48,156 nucleotides of DNA from Candidatus Eiseniibacteriota bacterium (GTDB lineage Bacteria > Eisenbacteria > RBG-16-71-46). The notes below the pieces were generated by a model. It was not told where the DNA came from and did no database searches. It saw only the letters and a program-made list of their open reading frames with translations. The stretch lies in NCBI GenBank assembly GCA_031370785.1, contig JANMQY010000145.1, forward strand, positions 1 through 48,156, written 5' to 3'. The translations under genes and the position numbers were made by a program. Of this stretch, positions 17,655 to 27,348 are shown one piece after another. Positions within the stretch are counted from its first letter, which is position 1. Each line of letters begins with the position of its first letter.

Positions 17655-19268
17655 CTACCTCCTGGCCTGCGGCGCCGCCGGTCTCGTCCTGGACCCGCGT
17701 GCACCGAGCAGCGAGTCGATGCCGGAAGACGTCAGCACCGCAACCCTGCCATCCGGTTCGTAGAGCGCGTAGCGTACGCTGTCCGGCGCCGGAGTGTACT
17801 CCCGCACGAATCTCACCCCGCCGACCTCCGGAAACAGCACCCGGACTCCGAGTCCATCGTAGAGCGCGGTGCGCACGTTCTGCTCCCAGTAGGTTTCGCG
17901 ACGCAGCGGGTCGGACTGAGGATGGGTTTCGATCTCGATGCGGATCGAGGTCGGGGACCAGAAGCGCAGCGCGACGCCCGGCGGAAGCTGTGCGCTCCGC
18001 AGATCGTCACGAGCGGCACGCGCGATCCGCCCGCGATCCACTGTGGCGTCGGCGCGAAGCCCGGGCAGGGTGAACGGGTAGCTCTCGATCTTGGACACGA
18101 GGGCCGCGCCATTCACGACCAGCAGCACCGCTGCGATCGCCGCGATGCCCCATGCCGGAGCGGCACGCCCCTTCATGCCCTTCGCGCGGGGCGCGTCATG
18201 CTCGACACGGCGAGTGCGATCCCCGGCGAACAGGGCATCGGCCAGTGCGCTCACGCACAGCGCCGCGCCCAGCAGCGGCGCGTGCAGGTAGTAGTGATAG
18301 GTATGGTGGGGCAGTGCGAGCACCGGCAGCAGAAAGGCGAGCCAGGTGAGGCCTCCCGCAAGCCAGCCGCGACGGCGCAACGCCGGCCACATCAGCCCGG
18401 CAATCCACAGCGCGAGCGCAGCCAGCGCCACAGGCGTGGCGCCCGGATCGATCGAATCGCTCACGCTGCGCACGGCGGGGAGGGCGAAGTTGACCGTCCA
18501 TGCCGCATACGTCCCGAGATTGCCGAGAACGTGCGGGCCCATCGACCAGGCGTATGCCGCCGACTCCGGCAGCGCAGCTCGCGTCCCGAACGGATCCGCG
18601 AGCGCAATCAGCGCCGCCATGACCACCGACACGATTCCGAGCGCGAGGACGGTTCCGCGCCGATCGATGTTCGAAGCCCGGGCGCCGTCCGCATCTCGCC
18701 CGCCGAGCCACCCGTCGGGAAGCAGGAGCAGGGCAGGGAGCAGCAGCAGGTTCTCCTTGCACAGCAGGGCGAGCGCGAAGAGCGCGGGGGCGAGCCAGCG
18801 CCACCGATCGCGGCGCATCGACACATCGAGAGCCGCGAGCGCGAACAGGGGAGCGAGCAGCTCGCCGACGCCCGAGACCGAATAGAGCGCCGTGAAGTGT
18901 GCGGGATGGGCCGCGAAGAATATCGCGCCGATCAGCGCCGCCGGCGCCCCGACCCGGCGCGCCAGCACCCGTGCAAGCAGCGCCGCGGTCAATGCATGCG
19001 CGGCAAGATTCACCGCGTGATAGGCGAGCGCGCTGTCGGTTCCGAACGGTCGCATGAACACGAAGTAGAGCTGCCCCGAAATCCAGCGCCACGGAAACGG
19101 AAGCACGGGCAAGAGTCCGCGCGCCCGCGCGAGCCCGACAAAATCATCCTGCCCGAAGAACCCCCCCAACGCGCCGCGAAAGACCACAATCGCTGACAGG
19201 GCGGCAACAATCGCAAGGAGCCACGTTTCGCGGAAGTGAGGGCCTGGGAAGGATGCGTCGCGTTCCAT
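17655..19268 (-). CDS. Multi-pass membrane protein, probable GT-C fold glycosyltransferase
   Basis: TM1 followed by an acidic FGQDDF loop, YHAVNLAAH, FFAAHPAH, ALLCKE; many TM segments and a soluble C-terminus. Confidence 0.6.
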   Translation of the reverse strand: MERDASFPGPHFRETWLLAIVAALSAIVVFRGALGGFFGQDDFVGLARARGLLPVLPFPWRWISGQLYFVFMRPFGTDSALAYHAVNLAAHALTAALLARVLARRVGAPAALIGAIFFAAHPAHFTALYSVSGVGELLAPLFALAALDVSMRRDRWRWLAPALFALALLCKENLLLLPALLLLPDGWLGGRDADGARASNIDRRGTVLALGIVSVVMAALIALADPFGTRAALPESAAYAWSMGPHVLGNLGTYAAWTVNFALPAVRSVSDSIDPGATPVALAALALWIAGLMWPALRRRGWLAGGLTWLAFLLPVLALPHHTYHYYLHAPLLGAALCVSALADALFAGDRTRRVEHDAPRAKGMKGRAAPAWGIAAIAAVLLVVNGAALVSKIESYPFTLPGLRADATVDRGRIARAARDDLRSAQLPPGVALRFWSPTSIRIEIETHPQSDPLRRETYWEQNVRTALYDGLGVRVLFPEVGGVRFVREYTPAPDSVRYALYEPDGRVAVLTSSGIDSLLGARGSRTRPAAPQARR

Positions 19269-19437
19269 GGGCGGCGAGACTAGCATTCCCGGCCGGCGAG
19301 CCTGGCACTCGGGCGACAAGGGCGGCCTGCGGTTGCCCGAGGGCGAGTGGGGCTGGAGCGCGGTGAGGTCATCTGGGCGGCGAGGGGAGCGACGGGGACC
19401 CGCGAGTCATCGGGTAACCCGCAGGCTGCCCGGTTCC

Positions 19438-19472
19438 GAGCTCAGAGCTCACAGCTCACAGCTCACAGCTAG
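19438..19472. repeat. Heptamer tandem repeat, 5 units of (G/C)AGCTCA
   Basis: gagctca gagctca cagctca cagctca cagctag, immediately 3' of and overlapping the aceA stop. Confidence 0.85.
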
Positions 19473-20749
19473 AACTGATGCTCCTCCGTAGAGTCCTTGA
19501 GCGCCGCCGTCGAGCTTTCCCCGGAGCTCACGGTCTTCGCGACTTCGTCGAAATAGCCGGTGCCGACAAAGCGCTGATGCTTGACCGCGGCGTAGCCGTC
19601 GCTCTTCTGCATGTCGAATTCGCGATCCTGCAGCTTCGCGTACGCGGCCATGGCGTGCTCGTGATAGCCGCGCGCCAGCTCGAACATCGACAGGTTGAGG
19701 GCGTGGAATCCGGCGAGGGTGACGAACTGGAACGCATAGCCCATCGCGCCCAGATCGTGCTGGAACGCGGCGATGCTCGCGGCGTCCAGATGCCGGGACC
19801 AGTTGAATGAGGGCGAGCAGTTATACGCGAGCAGCTTGCCCGTGAACCTGGCGTGGATCGCTTCTGCAAACCGCCGCGCTTCAACGATATCGGGGCTGGA
19901 GGTCTCGCACCAGATGAGGTCGGCATAGGGCGCGTAGGCGAGGCCGCGAGCGATCGCCGCATCCAGTCCGCCTCGCAATTCGAAGAAGCCCTCGCTGGTG
20001 CGCGAGCCGGTCAGGAACTCCCGGTCGCGCGGATCCACGTCGCTGGTCAGGAGCTTCGCGCTGTTCGCATCGGTGCGTGCGACCAGCACCGTGGGCACGT
20101 CGAGCACATCGGCGGCGAGACGCGCCGCCTGCAGTTTCTGCACGAACTCACGGGTCGGCACCAGAACCTTGCCGCCCATGTGGCCGCACTTCTTGGCCGA
20201 GGCCAGCTGGTCCTCGAAGTGCACGCCGGCCGCGCCCGCTTCGATCATCGCCTTCATCAGCTCGAACGCATTGAGGTCGCCGCCGAAGCCGGCCTCGGCA
20301 TCGGCCACGATCGGCGCGAACCAGTGGGTGCGATCCCCGGCGTTCTCCAGGTGCGCGATCTGGTCGGCGCGCTGGAATCCGTGATTGATGCGCCGGACCA
20401 GCTCGGGGACGCTGTCCACGGGATAAAGGCTCTGGTCCGGGTACATCTGCCCCGCGGTGTTGGCATCCCCGGCCACCTGCCAGCCGCTGCAATAGATCGC
20501 GCTGAGTCCCGCCGCCACCTGCTGCACCGCCTGGTTACCGGTCAGCGCTCCCAGTGCGCGCACCGGCGCCGCGTGGTGCATCAGGTGCCACAGGCGCTCA
20601 GCGCCCATGCGTGCGAGGGAGTGCTCGATGTGCACGCTGCCGGCGAGGCGCGCCACATCCTTCGCCGAATAGTGCCTTGTGATTCCCTTCCAGCGCGGCT
20701 CGTGACTCCAGCCCTTCTCGATCTCGGCTGCGTTGCGTGGCGTATTCAT
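19469..20749 (-). CDS. aceA: Isocitrate lyase
   Basis: [31 protein letters not shown], catalytic [35 protein letters not shown]. Confidence 0.97.
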   Translation of the reverse strand: MNTPRNAAEIEKGWSHEPRWKGITRHYSAKDVARLAGSVHIEHSLARMGAERLWHLMHHAAPVRALGALTGNQAVQQVAAGLSAIYCSGWQVAGDANTAGQMYPDQSLYPVDSVPELVRRINHGFQRADQIAHLENAGDRTHWFAPIVADAEAGFGGDLNAFELMKAMIEAGAAGVHFEDQLASAKKCGHMGGKVLVPTREFVQKLQAARLAADVLDVPTVLVARTDANSAKLLTSDVDPRDREFLTGSRTSEGFFELRGGLDAAIARGLAYAPYADLIWCETSSPDIVEARRFAEAIHARFTGKLLAYNCSPSFNWSRHLDAASIAAFQHDLGAMGYAFQFVTLAGFHALNLSMFELARGYHEHAMAAYAKLQDREFDMQKSDGYAAVKHQRFVGTGYFDEVAKTVSSGESSTAALKDSTEEHQF

Positions 20750-20839
20750 CGACTGACTCCCTGGAAGTTCGCCCCCGCGTCGAGCGCGGGAGTGGTTTGC
20801 GAAGCGGGCGGTGCCCGCTCCGAGTCGCAGCTGGATCGT

Positions 20840-22399
20840 TCAGACCGGGTCGAAACAGCCCTGATCGATCATGGCTTCACTCTGCTCCCGGGCCTCGCGC
20901 AGCGTGCGCTCGTCTCCGAGGTCCTTCAGGTGCGGCCGCTCCTCGATCAGGCGCGCGAGGGCCTCGTCGTAGGACTTTCCGAGAAACTTCGGCGTATGCG
21001 CCACCGGTGCCCCGTTCTCGCCTTCGATACGCACGGCGTCGCGGTGACGCACGCGCTGCGCCAGCATCAGGCGATAGATGCGGTCGGTCGCGAGGTCTTC
21101 CATGTAGCCGTCGAGCAGGCTCGCGCCGCGCCCGTTGAGCACGCCGTTGCGGTATCGCAGCGTGGTGCGCACGGCGTCCCGCGTGCCGGCGACGGTGCGC
21201 CGGCCGACTCCGTCGGGCGCCGGGCTCAGGTCAGGCTGGCGCTCGATGGCGGCGGGACGCCGCGCGACCTGATTGGGCGCTGGGAACTGTGCGACCGCGA
21301 TCGCGTTCTGATCGGGATGCCCGGTCCACGCGCCGTCCATCAGGCACAGCGCTTCGTTCCTCTTGTCCTGCTCGAGCACCGCGAGCGCGCGCGCGTTGAG
21401 CTCCGGATCCTCACGGCTCGGATACAGCGCGGTCATGCCGCCGATCGCGAGCGCGCCGCGGTGGTGGCAGATGTCCACCATCAGGTGGCGCACGCGCTGG
21501 AAGAACGGCACGTCGTGCGGAATCGTGTTGCGGTCCGGCAGCACCCAGCGCGGATCGGCCAGGTGAAAGTGGATGAGACTGGCCATGTAGTCCCAACGAC
21601 CAAGGTTGAGCCCGAGGATGTGATCGCGCAGAGGATGGAGAAACTCCTCCATCTGGTAAGCGAGCGGATACGATTCGACCAGTGCCATGCACTTGATCGA
21701 AGCCCGCGGCCAGCCGCGCGCCTCGGCCACCTGCTCGAGCGCGTCGCGCCACCACAGTGCTTCGGCCGCCGACTCGGACTTGGGGATGTAGATACAGAGC
21801 GGGTGACGCAGGCGCGCGGGATCGACCTGGTAGGCGAGCAGGGCGAGATCGAAAAGCGAGGCCGAGGTCAGAGCGCCATTGGCGAGGACGCCAGCCTGCG
21901 AGAGATGCAGTCCCCGGGTGCGGCTCCAGATCACGGTGGAAGAGGGCTCGATCCCGACGGTGCGGCCACGCTTGCGGTCTTCATAGGTGAGCGTGCCGTT
22001 CAGCGCGTTGAGGATGCAGCGCACGCCGGCAATCAGATTGGGCCAGCGGTTCGCCATCGAGTCCTCGAGGTCGAGCATCACCCCGGGTGCGCCGGAGTTG
22101 AGCATCTTGACCACCAGCTCGCCGTCGTCGGCCGGACCGGTCATCTGATTGCGCTGATCCAGGCACCACGAGGGAAGTGTGATGCGCCAGTCGTCGCGCG
22201 ACGCGGCCGAAGGCGGCAGGTGGCTCGGGAGGTGTCCCTCCTGCGCCGCGGCGAGCGCGGTGGCGCGCGCGCTGCGCAGCACCTGCTGGCGCGGAGTGAG
22301 CGCCGCGTGCAGCGGGAGGTAGAACGCCATGAAGCCGGGCGCGAGATCGCGTTCGGGATCAAGCCCCGAGGGCGCGGTGTTCATCTCCTGCTGGTACAC
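20840..22399 (-). CDS. aceB: Malate synthase (A-like)
   Basis: TGPADD...KMLNSGA..MLDLEDS, YIPKSES, GLNLGRWDY, AIGGM, DGAWTGHP, MEDLAT. GTG start with GAGGAG RBS; lies upstream of aceA. Confidence 0.88.
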   Translation of the reverse strand: MYQQEMNTAPSGLDPERDLAPGFMAFYLPLHAALTPRQQVLRSARATALAAAQEGHLPSHLPPSAASRDDWRITLPSWCLDQRNQMTGPADDGELVVKMLNSGAPGVMLDLEDSMANRWPNLIAGVRCILNALNGTLTYEDRKRGRTVGIEPSSTVIWSRTRGLHLSQAGVLANGALTSASLFDLALLAYQVDPARLRHPLCIYIPKSESAAEALWWRDALEQVAEARGWPRASIKCMALVESYPLAYQMEEFLHPLRDHILGLNLGRWDYMASLIHFHLADPRWVLPDRNTIPHDVPFFQRVRHLMVDICHHRGALAIGGMTALYPSREDPELNARALAVLEQDKRNEALCLMDGAWTGHPDQNAIAVAQFPAPNQVARRPAAIERQPDLSPAPDGVGRRTVAGTRDAVRTTLRYRNGVLNGRGASLLDGYMEDLATDRIYRLMLAQRVRHRDAVRIEGENGAPVAHTPKFLGKSYDEALARLIEERPHLKDLGDERTLREAREQSEAMIDQGCFDPV

Positions 22400-22446
22400 G
22401 AGGCTCTCCTCAGGGAGGCGTATCCATTGCGACGCACCGAATTCGG

Positions 22447-22474
22447 TTATCGGCCGCCAGCGAACGACGCTAGA
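22447..22474 (-). promoter_or_regulatory. sigma-28-like promoter TCTAG-N15-GCCGATAA upstream of aceBA
   Basis: Minus strand reads TCTAGcgtcgttcgctggcgGCCGATAA, about 48 nt before GTG 22399. Confidence 0.6.
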
Positions 22475-22536
22475 GCACTCGCTACGGCGAAGCAATCACC
22501 CGATCCGGGAGGAACGAAGGCGCGGCGGGCGATCCT

Positions 22537-22683
22537 TCAGCCCCACAGCCACTGCACCACGGCGGCCAGGTTCGTGAATGGGCGGGCGAGCGCCTGGAGA
22601 CGCCCGATCATCCGCACCTCGCCGACCGCGAGCGCGTGGGGAACAGGCACGGCCAGCAGCGCGAGCAGGGCGAGCGTCCACAT
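22537..22683 (-). other. Possible 48-aa hydrophobic small ORF or membrane-gene remnant
   Basis: MWTLALLALLAVPVPHALAVGEVRMIGRLQALARPFTNLAAVVQWLWG* with coding-like GC3; no clear RBS. Confidence 0.25.
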
Positions 22684-22795
22684 GTGGGCGAGGATGCGCT
22701 ACGGCCACGCGAGGCGGCAAACCGCTCCGCTGCGTCTTTCCGGCAACCGGATGCGGTGCTGACGGCACCGGTTGGGCACGGTATATAGTGCCGGC

Positions 22796-24019
22796 GTGTC
22801 CACGCTCCCCGGCGACGAAAAGCGCCCATCGATCGTGTTCGTGCTTCGGCTCGCGCGTGCGCTGCACGAGTACGGCGCGCCCGCCCATCGCCTCGAACAA
22901 CTGATCTCGCTGATCTCGCCGCGCCTCGGACTCGAGGGCCGATTCTTCACGACCCCGACCGCAATTCTGGCTTCGTTCGGTCCGATCGAGGAGCAGCGCA
23001 CCGCGCTGATGCGGGTCGAGCCCGGAGGAGTGCATCTCGAGAAGCTGACCCTGCTCGACCAGGTGATCGACGAAGTGGCGGGCGGCAAGCTGAGCCCGGC
23101 TCAGGGCTCGGCGCGCATCGACTCGATCGTGGACGCACCGGAACGGTACGGTGCGATGCTCACCGTGCTGTGTTACGGGCTGGCATCGGCGACCGCGGCC
23201 CGGTTCTTCGGCGGCGGTTGGCGCGAGATCGCGGTCTCCGGCGCGATCGGGCTGACGACCGGGGCGCTGGCGTGGCTGGCCGGGCGCAGCGCCGCCGTCG
23301 GGCGCGTATTCGAGCCGGTCGCCGCGATCGTCGCCGCCACGCTTGCGGCGCTCGGTGCGCGCGGGATGGGAGCGCTCTCGGTCTCCATCACCTCGATTGC
23401 CGGGCTGATCGTGCTGCTGCCCGGTCTGTCGCTCACCACCGCGATGACCGAGCTGGCGACGCGGCACCTGATCTCGGGCACCGCACGCCTGATGGCCGCG
23501 TGCGGCACGTTCCTCGCCATCGGCTTCGGCCTCGCGATCGGGGCCCAGCTCGGACGCCTCGCCGGGGTGGCAGTTCACCCGGCGCCGCCGCACGTGCTTC
23601 CCGCCTGGACCCAGCTCGCGGCGCTCGCGGTCGCGCCGCTTGCGCTCAGTGTGCTGTTCCGCGCGAGCCCGCGCGACATCGGCGCGATTCTCGCGGTCGG
23701 CGTGATCGCGTTCGGCTCGGCCAGGCTTGGAGCGCGCGCGCTCGGACCCGAGCTCGGGATGTGCATCGCCGCTTTCGCGGTGGGTGTCGCCGCGAACCTC
23801 CATTCGCGTTTCGGCCGCCGGCCGGCCGCAGTCACGCTGTTGCCCGCGATCATCCTGCTCGTGCCCGGCAGCCTGGGCATCCGCAGCATCACTTCGCTGT
23901 TCCAGCGCGACGTGGTCTCGGGGGTGGAGACCGTGTTCTCGCTGATCCTGCTCGCATTGGCGCTGGCCGGCGGGCTTCTGTTCGCGAACCTGGCGGTTCC
24001 CCCGCGCCGCGTGCTCTGA
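22796..24019 (+). CDS. Threonine/serine exporter family protein (ThrE-like)
   Basis: LARALHEYGAPAHRLE, FFGGGWRE, LIVLLPGLSLT.AMTEL...LISG..R, IILLVPGSLG. GTG lies 6 nt after a TATAGT element (possibly leaderless). Confidence 0.88.
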   Translation: MSTLPGDEKRPSIVFVLRLARALHEYGAPAHRLEQLISLISPRLGLEGRFFTTPTAILASFGPIEEQRTALMRVEPGGVHLEKLTLLDQVIDEVAGGKLSPAQGSARIDSIVDAPERYGAMLTVLCYGLASATAARFFGGGWREIAVSGAIGLTTGALAWLAGRSAAVGRVFEPVAAIVAATLAALGARGMGALSVSITSIAGLIVLLPGLSLTTAMTELATRHLISGTARLMAACGTFLAIGFGLAIGAQLGRLAGVAVHPAPPHVLPAWTQLAALAVAPLALSVLFRASPRDIGAILAVGVIAFGSARLGARALGPELGMCIAAFAVGVAANLHSRFGRRPAAVTLLPAIILLVPGSLGIRSITSLFQRDVVSGVETVFSLILLALALAGGLLFANLAVPPRRVL

Positions 24020-24047
24020 ACGCAGCGCTCTCGCCTTTGAGGATCGG

Positions 24048-25007
24048 ATGCCCTCGCTCTCGCCCATCCCGATCGATGACATTCGCGCGGCACGGGGTTG
24101 CATCGCGGAGACGGTCGTGCGCACGCCGCTGCTGCGGCTGGCGGTGGACGCCCCCGCCGAGATCTACCTCAAGCTCGAGAACCTGCAGCCGATCGGCTCG
24201 TTCAAGCTGCGCGGCGCGAGCAATGCGATGGCGATTGCGTCACGCGATGCCCTCGCGCGAGGGGTGTGGACCGCGAGTGCAGGGAACATGGCGCAGGGTG
24301 TGGCCTGGCAGGCGCGCCGGCTCGGCATCCCGTGCACGGTCATTGCGCCAGATCACGCGCCAGAGACCAAGCTCGCGGCGATCGTCCGGCTCGGCGCGCG
24401 CGTGGAGCGCATCCCGTTCGATGCGTGGTTCGAGATCCTCGCCACTCGCCGCCATCCCGGCATGGAAGGCCTGTTCATCCATCCGGTGAGCGATCCCGCG
24501 GTGATGGCCGGCAATGGCACCATCGCTCTCGAGATCCTCGAAGACCTGCCCGAGGTCGACACGATCGTCGTGCCCTACGGTGGCGGCGGCTTGAGCTGCG
24601 GAATCGCCTCGGCGATTCGAGCGCTGAAGCCGAAGGTGAAGGTCTACGCGTGCGAGGTCGAGACCGCCGCCCCGCTCGCGGCTTCGCTGGCTGCCGGCAA
24701 GCCGACCCGGGTCACCTACACCGCGAGCTTCGTCGACGGGATCGGCGGGCCGTTCGTGCTTCCCGAGATGTGGCCTCTGGTGCGCGACCTGCTCGCCGGC
24801 TCGCTGGTGGTGCCTTTGCCTGAGGTTGCCGCCGCGGTCAGGATTCTGGCCGAACGCCAGCGGGTGATCGCCGAGGGAGCAGGCGCGGTGTCCGTCGCCG
24901 CGGCGCTGTCGGGCAGTGCCGGACCCGGCAGGGTGGCGTGCGTGGTCTCGGGCGGGAACATCGACTCGGCCAGGCTCGCGCACATCCTCGCGGGAGAGAT
25001 GCCGTAG
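24048..25007 (+). CDS. PLP-dependent threonine/serine dehydratase family enzyme
   Basis: YLKLENLQPIGSFKLRGA (PLP lysine), SAGNMAQG, GNGTIALEI, PYGGGGL, VVSGGNID; no ACT domain. Confidence 0.88.
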   Translation: MPSLSPIPIDDIRAARGCIAETVVRTPLLRLAVDAPAEIYLKLENLQPIGSFKLRGASNAMAIASRDALARGVWTASAGNMAQGVAWQARRLGIPCTVIAPDHAPETKLAAIVRLGARVERIPFDAWFEILATRRHPGMEGLFIHPVSDPAVMAGNGTIALEILEDLPEVDTIVVPYGGGGLSCGIASAIRALKPKVKVYACEVETAAPLAASLAAGKPTRVTYTASFVDGIGGPFVLPEMWPLVRDLLAGSLVVPLPEVAAAVRILAERQRVIAEGAGAVSVAAALSGSAGPGRVACVVSGGNIDSARLAHILAGEMP

Positions 25008-25102
25008 GATTACACTCGTTGCGGACGGCGCGCAGCCAGCACCCCGTGGAAGCGTTCTGCGATCGGGGTCGCCGCCCGATACCGCGTTCCCGGAGGTCTG
25101 CG

Positions 25103-26839
25103 ATGCGTCTCGCCACGCCCGCATCGGTCCTGACACTTCTGCTGATCTCGCTGGTCTCTGCCGCGGGTGCCCGATCCGCGCTGGCGGCCCGCACGCCCCA
25201 GCGCCACGTGCTCACTTCTCCCGCCTCCGCGAGCTTCGTTCCGGGCGAGCTGCTGGTCGTGCTCGCCGAAGGCGCCGCATCGAGCAGCCGGCCGGGGGGC
25301 ACGCTTCATGTGCGCGATGCAGCGATCTCGGCCGCGCTCGAGGCCGAGGACCTGGGGTTGAGCGAGGATCTCGCGCCGGCCAGCGCGCCGGCCCGCTTCG
25401 TCAGGCTGGTCAGCGCGCGCGCCGACTTCGATCCGCAGGCGACGGCGGCGCGCCTGCGTGCGACCGGGCTGTTCTCCGCGGTCATGCCCAACTACCGGCT
25501 GCATCTGAGCGAGACGCTTCCGAACGACACCTACGTCGCGGATCAGTGGTACGTGAACGAGCCGGGCGGTGCCGACGTGCACCTGCCCGAGGCCTGGGAC
25601 GTCGCGCAGGGCAGCCCTTCGACGGTCATCGGGATCATGGATACCGGCATCGACACCGGGCATCCGGATCTGGCGGCGCACATCTGGACCAACTCCGGCG
25701 AGATCCCCGCGAACGGTGTGGACGACGACGGCAACGGCTACGTCGACGACATGAATGGCTGGGACTTCGGGAACGGGGACAACGATCCGAATCCGGAGCC
25801 GACCTATGAGGCGAGCGGGATCGACGTCGGCTTCCATGGCACGTTCGTGGCCGGGATCGCTTCGGCCGTGACCAACAACGGCGAGGGCATCGCGGGCGCG
25901 GGATGGCAGTGCCGGCTGATGGCGCTCAAGGTCTCGAACAGCGCGGGCGAGATCACATCGGCCGCGATCACGCTGGCGTTCGACTACGCGAGTGCGCAGC
26001 ACGTCGCGGTTCTCAACATGAGCCTGGGGGGCCCTGGTGATCCCGGAGTGCCCGAGTATTTCCAGGCACTGGTCAATACCGCGGTCGACGCGGGCGTGCT
26101 GTGCGTGGCCGCGGCCGGCAACGACGGTGTCGACACGAGGAGCTATCCGGCAGGGTGCGACAACGTTCTTTCCATGGCGGCCACCGACGCGACCGATTCC
26201 CGAGCGGACTTCTCGAACTGGGGAAGCTGGGTCCGGATCGCCGCGCCCGGCGCGAGCATGTGGTCGTCGATCTGCCGCAACTACACGTTTGATGACCTGA
26301 ACCAGATCTTCTATCTGTACTTCTTCGGCTGGGACGGCGAGAACCCGTACATGTACGGCGACGGCACTTCGTTCGCCTGTCCGCTCGCCTCGGGCGTCGC
26401 CGCGCTGGTCCGAGCGCATACACCGTCCTTCACCGCGCTCGGGACCTATCAGCAGCTGATCACGAGCGGCGACATCCTGACCTACGACCGGCAGATCGGA
26501 CCCAAGCTGAATGCCTACCGCGCGCTCACGCAGCCTCCGGCGAGCGTGGGTCCCGCGGCCGCGATCGGACTGTCCGCGCGTGCCACCCCGAATCCCTTCG
26601 TGAGGAGCACAGTGCTGCGCTTCACGACGCCGACCGCGGGGCGCGTCCGCCTCACCCTTTACGACTGCGCCGGGCGCCGGGTGCGGGACCTGGTCCAGGC
26701 GGTGGTAGGCGCCGGGGAGCACGAGGCCCCGTGGGACGGCACCTCCGCCAGCGGCGAGCGCCTCGCGAGCGGCGTGTATTTCGCGCGCCTCGAGTGGGGC
26801 GGAGTGGCGCGGCAGGCGCGCGTACTGCTCCTGCGGTGA
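25103..26839 (+). CDS. Secreted S8 subtilase with C-terminal FlgD-Ig/T9SS-like domain
   Basis: IMDTGID, FHGTFVAG, AAAGND, GTSFACP; C-terminal PNPF...YDCAGRRV...WDG...SGVYFARL; GGAGG RBS. Confidence 0.9.
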   Translation: MRLATPASVLTLLLISLVSAAGARSALAARTPQRHVLTSPASASFVPGELLVVLAEGAASSSRPGGTLHVRDAAISAALEAEDLGLSEDLAPASAPARFVRLVSARADFDPQATAARLRATGLFSAVMPNYRLHLSETLPNDTYVADQWYVNEPGGADVHLPEAWDVAQGSPSTVIGIMDTGIDTGHPDLAAHIWTNSGEIPANGVDDDGNGYVDDMNGWDFGNGDNDPNPEPTYEASGIDVGFHGTFVAGIASAVTNNGEGIAGAGWQCRLMALKVSNSAGEITSAAITLAFDYASAQHVAVLNMSLGGPGDPGVPEYFQALVNTAVDAGVLCVAAAGNDGVDTRSYPAGCDNVLSMAATDATDSRADFSNWGSWVRIAAPGASMWSSICRNYTFDDLNQIFYLYFFGWDGENPYMYGDGTSFACPLASGVAALVRAHTPSFTALGTYQQLITSGDILTYDRQIGPKLNAYRALTQPPASVGPAAAIGLSARATPNPFVRSTVLRFTTPTAGRVRLTLYDCAGRRVRDLVQAVVGAGEHEAPWDGTSASGERLASGVYFARLEWGGVARQARVLLLR

Positions 26840-26889
26840 GCCAGAGGGCCCGCGCCGCACGGCCGGCGGGAGGGCGCGCCACCGATCCA

Positions 26890-26916
26890 TAAAGAATCGG
26901 GATCACGAGCCGATAC
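26890..26916 (+). promoter_or_regulatory. sigma-28-like promoter TAAA-N15-GCCGATAC
   Basis: TAAAgaatcgggatcacgaGCCGATAC has the canonical FliA spacing; lies upstream of ATG 27022. Confidence 0.65.
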
Positions 26917-27021
26917 ATCTACAGGCCATGCGAGCCCGAGCCCTTGAGGACCGCGAACGCCTCGCGACGACGTCTTCCGCTTTCGCTGGACTCGCCTGAG
27001 CGTGGCAACGGGAGAAGTTTC

Positions 27022-27348
27022 ATGATCCGATTCTCTGAGACTGTTCTCGAAGCGGACGGCGATCATCTTCGTCTGGCTGATGCGTGGGGTCGCGTGCTGC
27101 TCGACCTTCGGGCACACGAGGTGGAGGACGCGATCCGCCGGGGCGACTTGAACCCGCAGCGGTTGCACTTCTCGATGTTCGAGTACTACCGCGTCCGAAG
27201 CGAGGCAAGCGACCTCGAGTTCGACGACGACGAAGAGCTGATCGAGGACGAGAACGACGACGCAGTCGAGAACGAGAGCGTGGGCGACCTGGTGAATCGC
27301 TACCTCGACAGCATCGACGTGCGCCACCTCGACGACGAAGCCGCGTAG
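27022..27348 (+). CDS. Small acidic hypothetical protein (108 aa)
   Basis: GGAG RBS, coding-like GC3, D/E-rich stretch EFDDDEELIEDENDD. Confidence 0.75.
   Translation: MIRFSETVLEADGDHLRLADAWGRVLLDLRAHEVEDAIRRGDLNPQRLHFSMFEYYRVRSEASDLEFDDDEELIEDENDDAVENESVGDLVNRYLDSIDVRHLDDEAA

Noticed and set aside
19438..19472. CRISPR-like array
   Set aside because: 7-bp units without spacers and no cas genes.
19853..22762. 969-aa plus-strand ORF
   Set aside because: Antisense shadow of aceB-aceA.
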